Part shown: in pieces, positions 1 through 13,298 of the stretch
How the letters are laid out: each line of letters starts with the position of its first letter
Position numbering within the stretch: position 1 is the stretch's first letter
From: Takakia lepidozioides
Lineage: Eukaryota; Plantae; Bryophyta
Direction of reading: 5' to 3'
DNA: 64,000 nt
NCBI GenBank assembly: GCA_030704615.1
Contig: CM060733.1
Location: 45,322,001 to 45,386,000 of the forward strand
The notes under the pieces: model-generated
Databases searched by the model: none
What the model was told of the DNA's origin: nothing
Seen by the model: only the letters and a program-made list of their open reading frames with translations
Program-made: the position numbers and the translations under genes

Positions 1-324
1 TGTATGTAGCCTCTAGTTGAAACCTTGTGCTTCATTGACCATTGATTTTCCTGATTAGCCCTTAGAATCCAAATCCGGTGTCTAAATTGTGCCGGTTGAA
101 TTATTGCATACTGCAGAACATAGACCTGACAGTAGATCCCACAGTAGCATCCATATTATGCCTGGCTGTCTCTGCCCTTAACCAGTGTTTAGAATGACGA
201 CTGGTTCACATATCTACATAGTGAGTCATGAAGTGCTGGAAATATTGTGACTTTACTTTTAGCCCCCTAGAGTATACATGTGGCTCTAGGTGATGCTATA
301 TAGGCCTATTATTTGTGCCTGCAG

Positions 325-3300
325 AAAGGAGCAGAGTACAAGAGAAGTAGAGGAAAAGGTGCAGCTTTTGGAGGCTGAAATGGAACAACGAGTCAACCAA
401 GAAGTAAGATTTACCTCCAGCTTAACTAATCTGAACTACAGTAGTAGTAATCTTCAGGTTGACAGGGGACAGACATTTGGACCTCAGTTTCAAAAAAAAA
501 TTGTTGATTGGTTGAACGCCAGGCTCCCGAAAGGATAGCTCAGTATATGGAGTTGCAAGGAGAAGCCCGAATGCTCGCAGCAGATGTTGAGCGCATAGAG
601 GCGGAGCTGGAGGACATCACTCGTGCTATTTTACCATTAGAGCAGGTTTTTGAGGGGCAGCCCCTCCCTCCCTCCTTACTTTCTTGCCACAGAAGTCTTT
701 GTTATATTGAGGTGCTTTTGGACCCAAAAGTAAGCCCTTCCCAGAACTGAAACTATTTTTTTCCTCTGCATGTTGCTCTGCTTGATTTAACTAGTGGTTT
801 GGGAACCAATGCAGGAACTAGCTAACTCAACACCAGCTAAGCAAAAAGCTGTAGAACTGGTGGAGCAGCTATTGGTTGCTGAAGAGGAGTTGCAGCGCCT
901 CAAGGTTGAGGAATCTCCCACAGTGCATCTCTCTCACGAAGAAGCTCGAGAGGCCATGCTTATTAAGGTACTTTCCACTCCAACTCACAAAAGAACTGGA
1001 GTAAGGATCAGAAAGTAGTGAAGTCTACATTGGTAACAAAACACCTGGTTTTATAGCATGTTAAGATATGAAACGTATTTCATCGTATCTTCATCAACAG
1101 TGGTGGACCATGGTCGTGAAAATTGGCTGGGGTTGTTCTGCATGCTTTTTGCATGATGTGCTGGCAGATTTCTATTCCTTCTGATTGTTCCTCTGTTTCA
1201 TGTACTATTTCTAAGAAGAATTCTTGCAGTGGAAGCAAAATACTTTAATTTTATGTCTGCAGATACGGCAAGACAATGCCGAGATAGCTAAAGCAGAAGA
1301 GAAGAGCAAAGAATTGGAGGGCGACATTAAAGCATATGAGGAAAAACTTGCTACTGCAGACAAAACTCTTTCTGAATTAAAAGGTACATCTCTCTTTCCT
1401 CTAGTAAAGAAAGAGTGTACCTGCATATGAGGCTGACCAATCTTTAGGGTTTGTTATATCATGTAGTTTTGGCTAGTGGTCATCTTGTTCCCATAGACCC
1501 TAATGGCCCTAGAGATGTCTAAAAAATCTTCTCTCTAGAATACTTTTTGTTTTAGCCCATCATGATACAACCTTCATCTTCTCACGTTGTAGGACATTAT
1601 AAGCTTCTTCCTTTCTTCTGGGCTTCCTGTTGTGGTTATAAATTTTCTCTCCTGGAAATCACATCCAGGCATGACCGCAACCAACTCATTAGAAAGGAGC
1701 TCATGGAGTTACATGTCAGGAGAACTTGGAAGTTACCCAACCTCACAACAAAGCTCCATTTCTATCGAGAAACATTCTTGGTTCTCCGGGATGATAGATC
1801 TTGCGGCCCAATTACCTTTCGGCCTCTTTATCTCCTTCTCTCCTGAGGGCTTTGGGGCGGTTCAGGGTGGGCTCGCACAACCTACGGATAGAGACTGGCA
1901 GATGGGAAAACCTGCAGCGGGAGGACCGCCTATGTCCTGCTTGCACAGGGCGCAGCCGGGAAATTGAAACTGAAGAACACTTCTTCTTCTATTGCCCCCT
2001 ATACTATGAGATCCGTGGGAGATTCCATTGCCTATTCCGTGGAACCCAATCTCTCACTGAAGTCTTCCACTATGAGGATCAGAAATGTTTGGCAGCCTAC
2101 CTGCACGAGGCATTCACCCTTAGACAATCACTCGAATAGTTCTTTTCTCTGACTCTGGTTTTCCTATTTTCTCTCATGTTCTTCCTTCCATTTGTCCCAT
2201 AAGCTCTATGAGCTTTCCGCGGACGTTATAAAGCACCATTTCATTTCATTTCATTTCTCCCTATTTCCACAAGAAAAATGTCAAGTGGTATTTCTAGAAT
2301 GATAGCATGGTGTGTAGGCACATCAATCAACTGTAAACCCATCCGACGAGGATTGGGAAACCACTTGAAGTACATGCTCTGGTGAAGGCACTTTAAGATC
2401 ATGAGGGTATGGCAAGCATGGCCTAAAGGGAACTTTTTTTCTATAGCAAGCAGTATCTAATTTGTTGTGTACAGGTGGGAGGGCAGAAAAGTTTCTAGAG
2501 ATGCAACAGAAGGAAAAGAAGATGCAGGCGTTCATTGACAACTTTGAAGGCATGCGCCAGGAGCACGAGTGTGCAGCCCTGCGTGTACAACAGCGCATCA
2601 TCCATGTACTTCAACATATAAGCCAGGTCTATCCCTCCCTCTGTCTCTCACTCAGGCATAGAAGTACATAATAAACTTTCTTCTACTTCTCCTCTGGGCC
2701 TCCCATGGATGTAATACTTTTCTTTCTATCTTCTGTCTTTCTCTCAGGACAGGGTGGCAGTACAAGTGCTGGGATCTGAATCGCCACTCTCTTTAAGAGG
2801 ATGTGAATTAAGACCAATAAGGATTTGTCAACTTTCTGCTTGCAGTAGGGCAATTTAGGATGAAGCTTAGTATCCTGCAGGGAGCATCCCTCGTGGACAC
2901 ATAGTTTTGTCTGCTTAGGTACATGGATGACTTGACAGGAACTCAGTGCAGGCAGCAGGCACAGAAGAGTCCATCAAAGTGAGGGATGCTGGTTTTAATA
3001 ATGCAAAGCATTCTGATGGGGAAATGGACGACATTGATGACCTCCTACAAGGTAGGGGGTCCGGTACAAATGCATTGCAGTGTTACATTGTGGAAAATGC
3101 AGACCATTACAGTTATTGTCTTCCATTGGACCTGCTAAAGCTTCTTTCATTCATTCTGTTTTTGTTTCTCTTTTTGCATTATCAGGCAGGAGCTAACTGA
3201 GTCCATCAAAGCTCCTGGACATCTCATGTGGAACAAATTTTGGCTACCGTAGGCCATCTGGGCCTAATAAATTTCCTCTTCTCTGTATGTAAGAAATATG

Positions 3301-4811
3301 CTTATTTCTGCTTTCTCGTCCCCCCTCCCAACGCCTCTTGTATTCGATGTGGGTGGACTGTAGTGATGGAAGAGCGTGGAGGGGAGCTGAAGCAGCTGGA
3401 GGAGATGGAAGAAAAGACAGAAAAGGAAATTGCCACCACCAAAGAGAAGATAGCAGCACTGGAATCTGAGATTGAGAAGTTTAGCCGGCCTGATGAGCTG
3501 CGGGCCCAGTCCGAGCTGAAGTGCACGGTCTGTGCACTCTCCCTTACTTGATTGCTCACCCACTCACTGTGCCTCTGATGCAGCCAATAACTTGTTCTAC
3601 AGTATCTGTGATGTAAGTTCCTTGTCAAATCTATGGTCCATACATTTATTAAGAGCTGGTTGCTGATGACATGCTCAATGTGGGAAATGTCTTTGACCAA
3701 AAAATCGCTTAAGGAACACCTTGTACTTTTGTGCTGTAAATCAGTTTGGAAGATAGATAAGTAATCATGCAACGCTCAACCTGTAACCTTACTCAGAAAC
3801 AGATTTACGTACTTATTTGAATGTGTCTGCTATATGAGAGGCACAGTTTTTCCTTAAAATGAATGAAGGCTAAATGGACCAACACATGTCATCTTCCTTA
3901 ACACAGAAAGTGGAGGCACAGAAGAAGGCAGTCGATGAGCAAAAAGTTCTAGTGCAAGTGCAGCTCAAAGAGCAAAGAGCAAAGATGGAATCCATCCAAC
4001 GTGTGTTGTCAGAAAATGAAATGCACGCAACCCTTGAAGAACTGAACCAAAAGCTCATCTCACTTGAACAGTCTCTGACCAAACTGCAAGAAGGCAAGTG
4101 AACTCTCTCACTTTGACACTATTGAGGCACTTTGTCTTGAAGTGATTTCTTGTTGTTCTACATTGTTCAACAAATGTTTATATTTTCCTTTTGCTCTGTT
4201 TCTGTTTGGGTTGTTCTACTGTGTTGCTCTACTTGTGTTAGACCCTTGAGGCCTCCCACGGATGTTGCCAGGGGCGGCCCCCTCTTCTTTTTTCCCATTC
4301 ACTACGGGGCACTACAGGAGTTCTATACTGAGATTAGTTCTCAACCTGGAGGGTCATATCCTACTTGAACTAGCTACAATGCAACTGGCGTGTGCATAAT
4401 GACCAAGCATTAGGCTTTTGACTACATTTTCTCTCCAATATACTTTCTTGACCATATTGGAGTGTTCATTTCCTTTTTTTCTTTTTCTCCTTAGAACACA
4501 TCCCTCATCCGTCAACTCTGAGGACCTGAAGTGATTTGCAGTCCACCTACATGAACTACTCCTTTGCTCCTGAGTGTCTCTCTGTTTGTTTTCTCCAAGA
4601 TTTATTGGCACTTTTCTCAGTGATTCTGCTGGTTTTACACATGCATACATGTGTCTGCTTTCAGAAAAAAAAAACATGATTTCTACATATGTTCTTCCTT
4701 ACAGAAGTGGAGACAAAGGAGCGGGAGACCAATTACAAGCCAGTCTTGGAGAATATTCGATTCATGGTGGGTCAGTTGAACACTGAGATCAAGAACACTT
4801 ACCTGCATTGA
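325..4811 (+). CDS. IFT74: Intraflagellar transport protein 74 (IFT74/72), 3' part of a multi-exon gene; 5' exons lie upstream of the window
   Basis: Phase-consistent exons 325-403, 523-645, 815-967, 1263-1383, 2475-2626, 2952-3051, 3364-3527, 3907-4093, 4705-4811 (TGA). The coiled-coil product has IFT74-like segments IRQDNAEIA, EKFLEMQQKEKKMQAFIDNF, LSENEMHATLEELNQKL and C-terminal KERETNYKPVLENI...QLN. Recognised from memory of algal/animal IFT74. Confidence 0.8.
1650..2256 (+). mobile_element. 5'-truncated non-LTR retrotransposon (LINE) 3' end in an IFT74 intron
   Basis: ORF 1801-2139 encodes RFRVGSHNLRIETGRW...RLCPAC...ETEEHFFFYCPLY, the C-terminal Cys/His module of LINE ORF2. A frameshifted upstream part reads KLHFYRETF. 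Ends in a (CATTT)4 tail at 2237-2256. Left boundary approximate; no TSD found. Confidence 0.75.
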
Positions 4812-5169
4812 TGAATGCTACCCCATTTAGCGCCGACCCCCACCCTTCGCTTTTCAACTGCTTCCAGGGCTGGCAATGATGGATTTATGGACAGGAGCAC
4901 TAATATTGATCATCTTTAGTTTGTGAAGACGAGCCTGCGAGCCTCACTACATTTTTGTTGCCTTTATCCCTCAGACTGTAACCATGTCCTCTATCACCTC
5001 CTTGTGAAAGAAATGTGAGCATGCTTGATTCAACTAACAAAAGGGGACATACCATGGGCACAATTCAATCTCCAGCTTGGTCTCATGATAAACAAATGTG
5101 CAAAGGACTGTAGTTGATCCCTTCCACATTGTAAGATCCTTGATTTAGCAATTTTCTCTGCCAGATGTG

Positions 5170-5308
5170 AAGACACAAACAAATGTGATGTGGTCGGGCT
5201 TCACCCCTTCCCGAATCATTTGCTCGTAGGTCTCCAAAGCCTCCATCATGCGCCCCTGCTGCGCATATCTTGCGATCATCAACACCACATCTCGTTCAGC
5301 TATATTGG
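5170..5308 (-). pseudogene. PLS-PPR relic (single P motif)
   Basis: Reverse strand reads ...AERDVV..MIARYAQQGRMMEALETYEQMIREGVKPDHITFVC, nearly identical to motifs in the PPR genes of this window; isolated and disrupted. Confidence 0.75.
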
Positions 5309-5708
5309 GCGGGCAGGGAAAATGTAGAGGAGATTTGAAGTACCTGAATATTAGGCAGGATGCACTGAACTGCTAGATGATGCTGTCTTGAATGCTGCAG
5401 TGTCTAAGAGCATCTCCATGGTGAGCAGGCCCATCAAATGTTATATATCCTGGTTACAGGGGTGACGGTATGTTTTACAGGGATGGTTTGGTTGTTGGCA
5501 CTCCATGGTTGGGACGGTAGAAGACCCGGCACAGATCACAACTTGGTAGGCCCGATCACAATCTTGGAGCGTTGAAATGGATCTTTGGAGGGTGCAAATT
5601 GATGGCTGGGTTGAGGGCACAGCTTGAAGGTGAAGAAGAGGAAGAGGTGTTTGTGAATGCATTGGTGGTTGAGGAGAGGCTGGGCACGAACACATTGGAG
5701 AGACTACT

Positions 5709-6633
5709 GTGTACAATGACAAATTATTCCAACGAAGGTATAGGATGAGGCGTTCTCTGTTTTGGAGAAGTCTGGACGAATGTGTGTGCACAAGACACCT
5801 ACTTTCTACAAACCCCAAATGCTTTTGGCCATTTGGGTTTGAGTTCTATTCAAACAATCACTGTTGCCTTGCGTATGATGGCATATGGTGTAGCAGCCGA
5901 TGCTTGTGATGAATATTGTCAATTGGCAGGGAGTACTGCAACCTTGTGTTTGAAGAAGTTTGCACGTGCAATCCGAGAGGAGTGTATATTTGAGGTTGCC
6001 AACTAGAGATGACTACAAAAAACAATTGAAAATCAGCGCAGCTAGGGGATTTCCAGGGATGTGTGGCTACTTGGGTTGTATGCATTGGAGTTGGAAGAAT
6101 TGTTCCGTTGCTTGGCAGGGGCACATATAAAGATGGTGAACAATCAATTATTTTGGAAGCTGTGGCATATCAATCCTTGCCCATTTGGCATGCATACTTT
6201 GGATTTCCAGGTGGAAATAATGATCTGAATGTGCTTGATCGTTCTCCATTGATTGCTGATTTGTTACAAGGTCCACGGCATGACCTACATTTCGTTGGCG
6301 ATGGAACAATGTATCCACATCTGCTTGTTGATGGAATTTATCTGAAGTGGAGCATTTTTGTGTCCACTATTCATGAGCCACAATGGGAGAAAAAGCAACA
6401 TTTTGCGCGTACACAATAATCTGTCATTTTGAGCGATGCTTTGGAGATTTCACATTGTAGCAAACCCTAGCAGCTTGTGGGATAGAGATGTCATTGAGGA
6501 TATTTTGATGGCGTGTGTAGTGCTCCATGAGAGGGCATTAAATCTAGAGCCAGCATACAATCCAGAAGTAGGGCAAGAGCACTATAGACTTGGACTCGCA
6601 CTCGCAGCATACAAGCAAGAACAAGGAATTTGA
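5709..6633 (+). pseudogene. Harbinger DDE transposase (plant transposon protein family), frameshifted
   Basis: Fragments in three frames: LFQRRYRMRRSLF; LSSIQTITVALRMMAYGVAADACDEYCQLAGSTA; SIILEAVAYQSLPIWHAYFGFPGGNNDLNVLDRSPL; LLVDGIYLKWSIFVSTI. Frameshifts and deletions present. Confidence 0.85.
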
Positions 6634-6767
6634 AAATCAAGAGACACATTTCAATTTTATCAGTGATATCAAGTGAACACTTAGTGGGCACTCAAGCGGA
6701 GTTCAATTGATTGAAAATAAAGTTGTTGCCTTCAAGTTACCCTAGTTATAGTCTTCTATCGGATTTG

Positions 6768-7847
6768 CTATGCCTCTTCTGTGAATTGTGAATCTACTGA
6801 GTCGGCATGCTCTGAACTAGCCAGAGTAGTAGCAGCTTCAAATGTTGCACCCTCTAAAGTGACGTTCGACACCACAGGTTGACTTGCCCTGCTAGGTTGC
6901 TTTGCCGTGCCAGTTCTAGTTGCAGCAGCTTGGACCCTAGCTCGAAGCTTGGCTAGCTCCTCGGATCGACGCAATTTGAAATATTCCCTTGCATCATCTG
7001 ATTGCATTTGATCATCAGGCAAAGTAAACAATGCCATTGCGGATTGATCCTCTAGTATAGCTGCTTTTTTCAATGTGGCTGCAGCCATGTCGGCTGTGGC
7101 ACGGGCCTTGGCTCTGATTGCAAAGTCCCTGGCACGGGCCTGGGCTCTGCTTGCATAGTCCCTCACTTTCGGGTCCTTTTGATCTTCCTTGGCTGCTTTG
7201 TTCCCCTGCGGCTGCTTGGCAGAAGCAAGTCCAGCTCGGGGTGTGGGTCCATGTGTGGCAGTAGCCATATTCTCAATCTCACCCACATCACTCCCTCTCC
7301 TCTTCATGGGGGGCGTTTTCCTCACATCTTGCTGAACTTCTCCCCACCAAGGCATATCCTTGAGGAGAAGCCAGCAATGGATAAAGGTAAACGATTGATG
7401 CTTGTCGTGTTTGCTCTTGTACATCTCGAGGGCTTTCTTGAGTGTATCCTCTGCAGTGGTTCCAGATTCATTCAAAGCAACAATAGATTTATAAACAGCT
7501 ACAAATTGGGCAACGTCGTGTTTAATGATGCCCCACTTGCTCTCCAAGCTACGTGCAGGCCTCTCTGCAACACCCACCGGTCTGTTTGCATTGTAGTGTT
7601 TCGTGACCCTGTCCCAAAAAGCAGTCGCTCTTTGTCCGTTGCCTGTGGCTGGATCCTGCGAAATGTGCAAAACAGAACAACAAAGTTGCCGCTCTTCATC
7701 ATCTCCGAAATTCTTACCCTTCCTACTCTTGTTGGCTCTCGTAGCTTGAACCGAAACAGTCTGTGGGGCTCTCGCAGCTTGAGTAGAAACAGTCTCTTGG
7801 TTTCCCGCTTGCGCCATGGAAGAAGCCTCTCCAATATCTCCTGACAT
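6768..7847 (-). CDS. Harbinger Myb/SANT-like (NAM-associated type) DNA-binding protein, 359 aa
   Basis: Uninterrupted ORF from ATG 7847 with KGKNFGDDEERQLCCSVLHISQDPATGNGQRATAFWDRV...RSLESKWGII...FTFIHCWLLLKDMPWW...QGNKAAK, typical of the Harbinger second ORF; lies inside the TIRs. Confidence 0.85.
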   Translation of the reverse strand: MSGDIGEASSMAQAGNQETVSTQAARAPQTVSVQATRANKSRKGKNFGDDEERQLCCSVLHISQDPATGNGQRATAFWDRVTKHYNANRPVGVAERPARSLESKWGIIKHDVAQFVAVYKSIVALNESGTTAEDTLKKALEMYKSKHDKHQSFTFIHCWLLLKDMPWWGEVQQDVRKTPPMKRRGSDVGEIENMATATHGPTPRAGLASAKQPQGNKAAKEDQKDPKVRDYASRAQARARDFAIRAKARATADMAAATLKKAAILEDQSAMALFTLPDDQMQSDDAREYFKLRRSEELAKLRARVQAAATRTGTAKQPSRASQPVVSNVTLEGATFEAATTLASSEHADSVDSQFTEEA

Positions 7848-8715
7848 CGTATATCTTGATCTCACAAATCGATGTAGAGTGCTTGGCGGAGTCCCTGTAT
7901 GCTTGGCAGAAGTGACGTGCGGGAGGCAGAGTTGTGGCGGGGCCTGCAGCAATTCTACCGATCTGAGGCAACCGTGGAGCAAGCTGCGCGGCCTTTTTAG
8001 GACCCCGCCACGCTAGATGCCGTTTTTGGGTAGGTAACGTGACACAGTGGAGATGCTCTAAGGCCATGTGAGAAGCACGGCCAGAAATTCTTACTTAGAG
8101 AAGTGTCTGATAGAAGTTATCATGCAATAAGCATACTTCCAAAGCCGCATGACAACATAGCTTTTTTGTCATGTTGGAGAAATGCCCATTTTTGTTTCCT
8201 CTTCATCTTCGCTCACACGATTCGCCTTGCCAGAAATTCGGGAAAAAACCTCACATCGTCCACCAGGCTATTGAGCTGAGATATGTATCAGGCTTGCAAA
8301 TGCCATCCTCCCCAATCTCCAGGGAAATCGAACCAAGGTGCAGAAGAAAAGAGCAAAATAACCTACAGGATTGGAAGTTCCTTCAGAAGGTGATTCTTGA
8401 GCATGTCGGATATCATTCACTCTGTATGTTTTCTCAACTTCAATATGACAATAAACCCGCACAAACAAGGAGTCTCGTCATTGCGGTGGGCGATTGGTCC
8501 GAATGGGAGCTCTAGGCATGTTTAGCAGCTCGCATAAGTGCATTACTGAATGAACAGTTGGAAAAGTGAATATCAACACAACATCAAATCTTCTAGACTT
8601 CGCTTTGGGCTTCCAAAAGTTAATCGCAGATTCGTGCTTGTTGCCTGTTCCTACCAGTATTTCCACACGAGTGGTGGGCATCTCTTCCGACAATTCCTTG
8701 GCTAGAACCCTGGAG

Positions 8716-11700
8716 ATGAACTTGGTGGTTGTGTGGCAGGTACCACACACCCCAAGCTTGATGACACAGATGAACGTGCCAGCTGCATCGTATGGGGGTC
8801 GAAAAGATGCAGCTTGGGGGCACGGAAGGATCCAATTCCTCGAGACTTCTTCGTCTTCCATGGTGTCTAACCAACCATTTTCATATACTCTCTTTCCTAG
8901 ATCAGTCCGGCCTCGACAAGGCATGAGAGCTTCCAGAAACGTGAAGTGGGAATTACAACCTTTTGGTCGGTTGGGGAAATGCATCCGGTCAAAAACTTCA
9001 AGTATTATTGTGCGAGCAAAGACAAAACAAAGAGAATGGCAAGAGTATGAAGACGCTCTGGAAAGCAGAGATCTGGGAAGGGCGCTTGAGGCCTTACAGG
9101 TGCTTAACACATTTGAGTCCGACAGTGCAACGCTGCCAGATTCTGTAGAGGACAATGGATCCTTGAGGGCAGAGCTTTTACCGGAGGTTTTGAGTGAAAC
9201 GAGCACATCTGGATTTGTCACGATTAGTGAGGGGGATTGTTTGAAGGTGCTGGATGCATGCCAAAGTGCACTAGATTTGCAATTGGTGGGAAAGGCGTAT
9301 AATTGGCTTCAATTGAGGGGATTACTTCCAAGTTTTGGCAAGTACAACGCTCGTGGTAAGCATGAACCGTCACAGTCAATCTGAAGTTTTCGTGATTTTG
9401 GTTCATTTGATCAATGCTGGGATTAAGGAGTTGCAGTTGGGTGTAGTGTTTGCGGCTTCTGAAGAGGGGAGGGTGGTTACACCAGTTGACATGTTGGCTT
9501 CAGCAGGGCTGGAAGGTAACCCACATTTTCTTGACCTCACAGTACTCAATGATAAGCTATCAAGAATGCATAAAGAGTTTTCTTCATACAATTGAACGAA
9601 ACGGAACCAGCAGCGTGTTGCATGTCATCTCTTCTTTCAACATGTGTCAGATCAAAACAGGCATAGCAATCCTGTTAACGAGGGAAAGTTCAGTTAGGGC
9701 CTTATACTGATGCATATATGGCTCCAGGACAAACACATGCCTCTGGCACCAGGGTTTAAAAAGGAAGCTTGGTTTATCAGAGGGTTCTGTGCCCCTTTAC
9801 TGTTTGCTATTGGTTGTTGAACATCATTGTTCTTGAAGGTTGGCCATAGTGGCAGTGCAATTTGTGTTTGCTTTTATGCTCAGCTTGGAAGTTTTACACA
9901 TACATAGGGGTGTGGTTGCAGCGTCCAATCTCTCCCCCAAAAAATGGGGTCTGTCAGGAGACTCGAGTATTGCACTGGTGGCAGGGATTGCACTGTTCTC
10001 GTTTTTGGTGAACAACAATGTGGATATACGGCCCCTTCTTGCCTTAATTTTGGGGCTGGGTCTACTGGACGCAATCTACTTGGGGGGGACTGGTCAAGCA
10101 CAGTTGTTGAGCCTCTGGCCACCCTACAGACGGCGAGTTCTCATCCATGAAGCTGGTCATGTTCTTGTTGGTAAGCAATCTTGTACGACTTGGAAGTTCA
10201 TTTGAAAGCCAGTTGAAGAGCAGAGCATCAAAGTGCAACATAAAGAGGAGACATGTCAATCCAGTTACAAGAGATTGAGGGTTGATGTGAGGTTGCATGG
10301 ACACCAGCAATGCTATTGTACAAGTAAGCAGAGAGGTGACGGATTTAGTTGCAGTGTCAATTACACACTAGACAGAAAGGGTAGATTGTAGCTTTACTAG
10401 TTTAGACATGATGGGTGGCTGTGATTATGATGCGTAAAAGAGAGCATGTACGAATGAGATGTTGTTTGCCTTATCCTTGTAGCCATAGACCCCACGCCCG
10501 GTTTGGGCAGAACTGTGTATGATGTCGATGAGAAAGAGAGCAAGAGAAAGAGAGAGGACTTAAACTTGCTTTGTGTGCAGCATATTTATTGGGGTGCCCA
10601 GTCAGAGGAGTTGTGCTGGACGCCGTTAGCGCCATCAAAATGGGTATTCAGGGTCAGGTTTGATTGGATCCTACAAAAGCAATTTCTCCATCTTCCCTCC
10701 CCCCACAAGAACGTCAAATTAAAATTCATTGTTATCCTATGTAGCATTGCAGATTTATCTCTCTTCAATGCAGGACTAAATTCCTGGTTTGCATTGTCTT
10801 GTGGCACCATGGTCAGGCTGGCACCCAGTTTTGGGATGAAACTCTGGACGAGGAGCTAAGGCAAGATCGTTTGACAGGGGCTTCCTTTGACAGGTCTGTC
10901 TATGAAATTGATAGTCAGGTATTCTACAGGATAAGCTCTTGTGCCTTCTTGCCGTTTCAGCAAAAAACAAATCCTCTGTATGTGCACCTTGTCTGCAATG
11001 TGATTGTGCTACCTTACAGTCCTGTGGAGCACAACCACTGGAGGGCCTGTGCTAGATTGACTACTGCTCCTGAATGCAGTGAGCCGCTCCTGTTCAGCTG
11101 TCGACATTAGTTTTTTTGGACGTGTACTGAATTTCCTTTTGAGTGGCTGAGGTTCACTGTAGGTAAGTCTGTTCTGAATGTTCTTTTAGTGTAGGTATAA
11201 ATCAATTTCTTTGTGCTGTGCTCCTCCTACTCTTCCTAATCTTTCTCCTCGTTCAACTCTAATCCAATCCCTCAGCCCCAATGGCAAGTTCGATGTTTTA
11301 GCTTTGGGTTGAGCATGCAGGTACTGTATAGTTTTGTTTGCGGGAATTGCAGCGGAAGGACTTGTTTATGGAGAGGCTGAAGGGGGTGAAAACGATGAAA
11401 ATCTGTACAAAGGGGTCGTCTCTCAGCTGCGCCCTCCTTGGGGTCCTGGCAAGGTGGGGCAGAACCCATGTCCTTTCTCTCTGACCCTTCTCCCCTTGGG
11501 TGTTGTGATGTTTTTCCCCCTTCACAAGTAGGTCTCTGTAAGAGTAACTGCCCATTTGTCAGTTGTTGCTGATCTGTGGTACGGGCACAAAGATGTTCAA
11601 AATACAGCAGTACAGAACTGGTTCAGAAATATCATGCAAGTATGAGAGGTTTCTTTTCTGTGGAGGCAAAGATGACACTCCTCATACCGAGTCATTGAGA

Positions 11701-11892
11701 AGCTCTTCCGTCAACTCACTTGTGTGCTTCGGGCAGATGTCAAATCAAGCACGGTGGGCAGTGCTGCAGGCCTTCAGTCTGCTTAAAGAGCATCAAAAGG
11801 TGCATGAGGGTTTGGTTCAGGCATTGGAGCAAGGAGTAGGCTTGGGATCCTTGGTTAAAACAATTGAAGAATCCATGGCTACTAAAAGATAG
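8716..11892 (+). CDS. VIR3: VIRESCENT3-like chloroplast zinc metalloprotease (M41-like, HEAGH motif)
   Basis: Exons ~8716-9355, 9447-9515, 9922-10170, 10581-10657, 10817-10893, 11321-11453, 11737-11892. They give [75 protein letters not shown] and MSNQARWAVLQ, matching Arabidopsis VIR3 as I recall it. Start codon and exon 2 acceptor less certain. Confidence 0.85.
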
Positions 11893-13298
11893 ATTTACAA
11901 ACAATCCAGCGAGTGTTTCTACTTTTTTGAAATTAAAATAATAGTGACTAAGATAGGAGTTTGGTACTGGAGAAGAACACATGATGCCTGCTTATGTCTC
12001 TCTACCCACACCTAAACTGAAATAGGTTTATCTATGTGTATCTGCGCATGTGGGTAGTAGGTGGTGGGATCTGGCTGGGATCAAACTGACAGAGAAGTAC
12101 CAATGTCCAGTCTCTCCGTGTGTTTGTAGATAGTCTGAAACCTACCTGCATGCTTGACGCAAAACAAAATAGACCCCCAATCTTCTGAAAACATTGAAAG
12201 GTGGTAAATGGAACTCCATACACTTGTTTTTACTTTTTGTGACAGGATCCTATAGTGGTTCTGCAGCGGTTCTGCTTACATATAAGGGAGAATGTAGGTG
12301 TATGATATTGAAAAACAACCGAGGTTGGGGTATCCCAATATTGCGCCTTGTATGAAATGGGTCACATCATCTAAATGCAATCCACACTGCAATGGTTCAC
12401 CTTGTTGTATAATTCCATCCCAAAGTAAGTTGTCCTTAGGTGAAAGTCGATGTCATTAGTCACTACAATATTTATTAATTTAAGAAATTTAAGTATACAT
12501 ATAGTTTTGGATGTAAGCTAAAAAACTCTATAGCTAGTAATATTCTTATCAGGAGAGGAATTCATCGTCCGAGCAATTGAAACAGGTTAGGGATGTTGGC
12601 AAAAATTCTAAAGATCTAGGAGACTTGAGTTGGAAGAAGAAAGAAGATAGAACTTATCACAATGCCCTGAACACTAGAAAAGCTTATCAATTGACAGGAT
12701 CAAAATTAGGTGTCCTGATATTCTGGACATTACATTAGGACGGTCTTTAGCAAAGAAGACATTGAGACATTGAAATCAAGTTGAAAGTCACTGGTACCTC
12801 AGTTGTTTTACTGGTCCTTAAGGGTGGACTCTCTATTTGGGTTTCTCGCCGTCTTCAGGTCTTGCTACCCAAACTAATAACTGTTTTCCATGACAGTGGA
12901 AATCTCTTAATTTTATTCCATGCACAGTGTACAGTTGGAAAAAACCGATCTGTCATTGAATGAGCGAGTATGCACTTTCTGTGATCGAGGCCTCGATTCA
13001 AGTGACATTCAAACACCGGCAGTGAAATCATTTGTAGCTAGAGAAGTTGTTGACAAAATTTGCAAGGACTAGTAGTTAGGCATGTCCGTGTTTAGCTCCA
13101 AAAGTGATGAACGAGGGTATCTATCTCCCAAAATTGTCATGCTCTTTGTAGAGAGTGCATAATCCTCAAACAGGCAATCCCTTCTGTTTGCCACAAGCTG
13201 GATTTCCTTTCAGATTGGTCACTCTTGCTTTGTATCCAAATCTTAGATTCAGCTCACATAAAAACGAACGTGCTTTTATTTCACGGATGTTGCTCATT

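Larger units (their letters stand above)
5408..8058. mobile_element. PIF/Harbinger DNA transposon, full length
   Basis: TIRs GAGCATCTCCA (5408-5418) and TGGAGATGCTC (8048-8058), flanked by TAA (5405-5407, 8059-8061). Contains convergent transposase and Myb-like ORFs, the canonical Harbinger layout. Confidence 0.92.
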
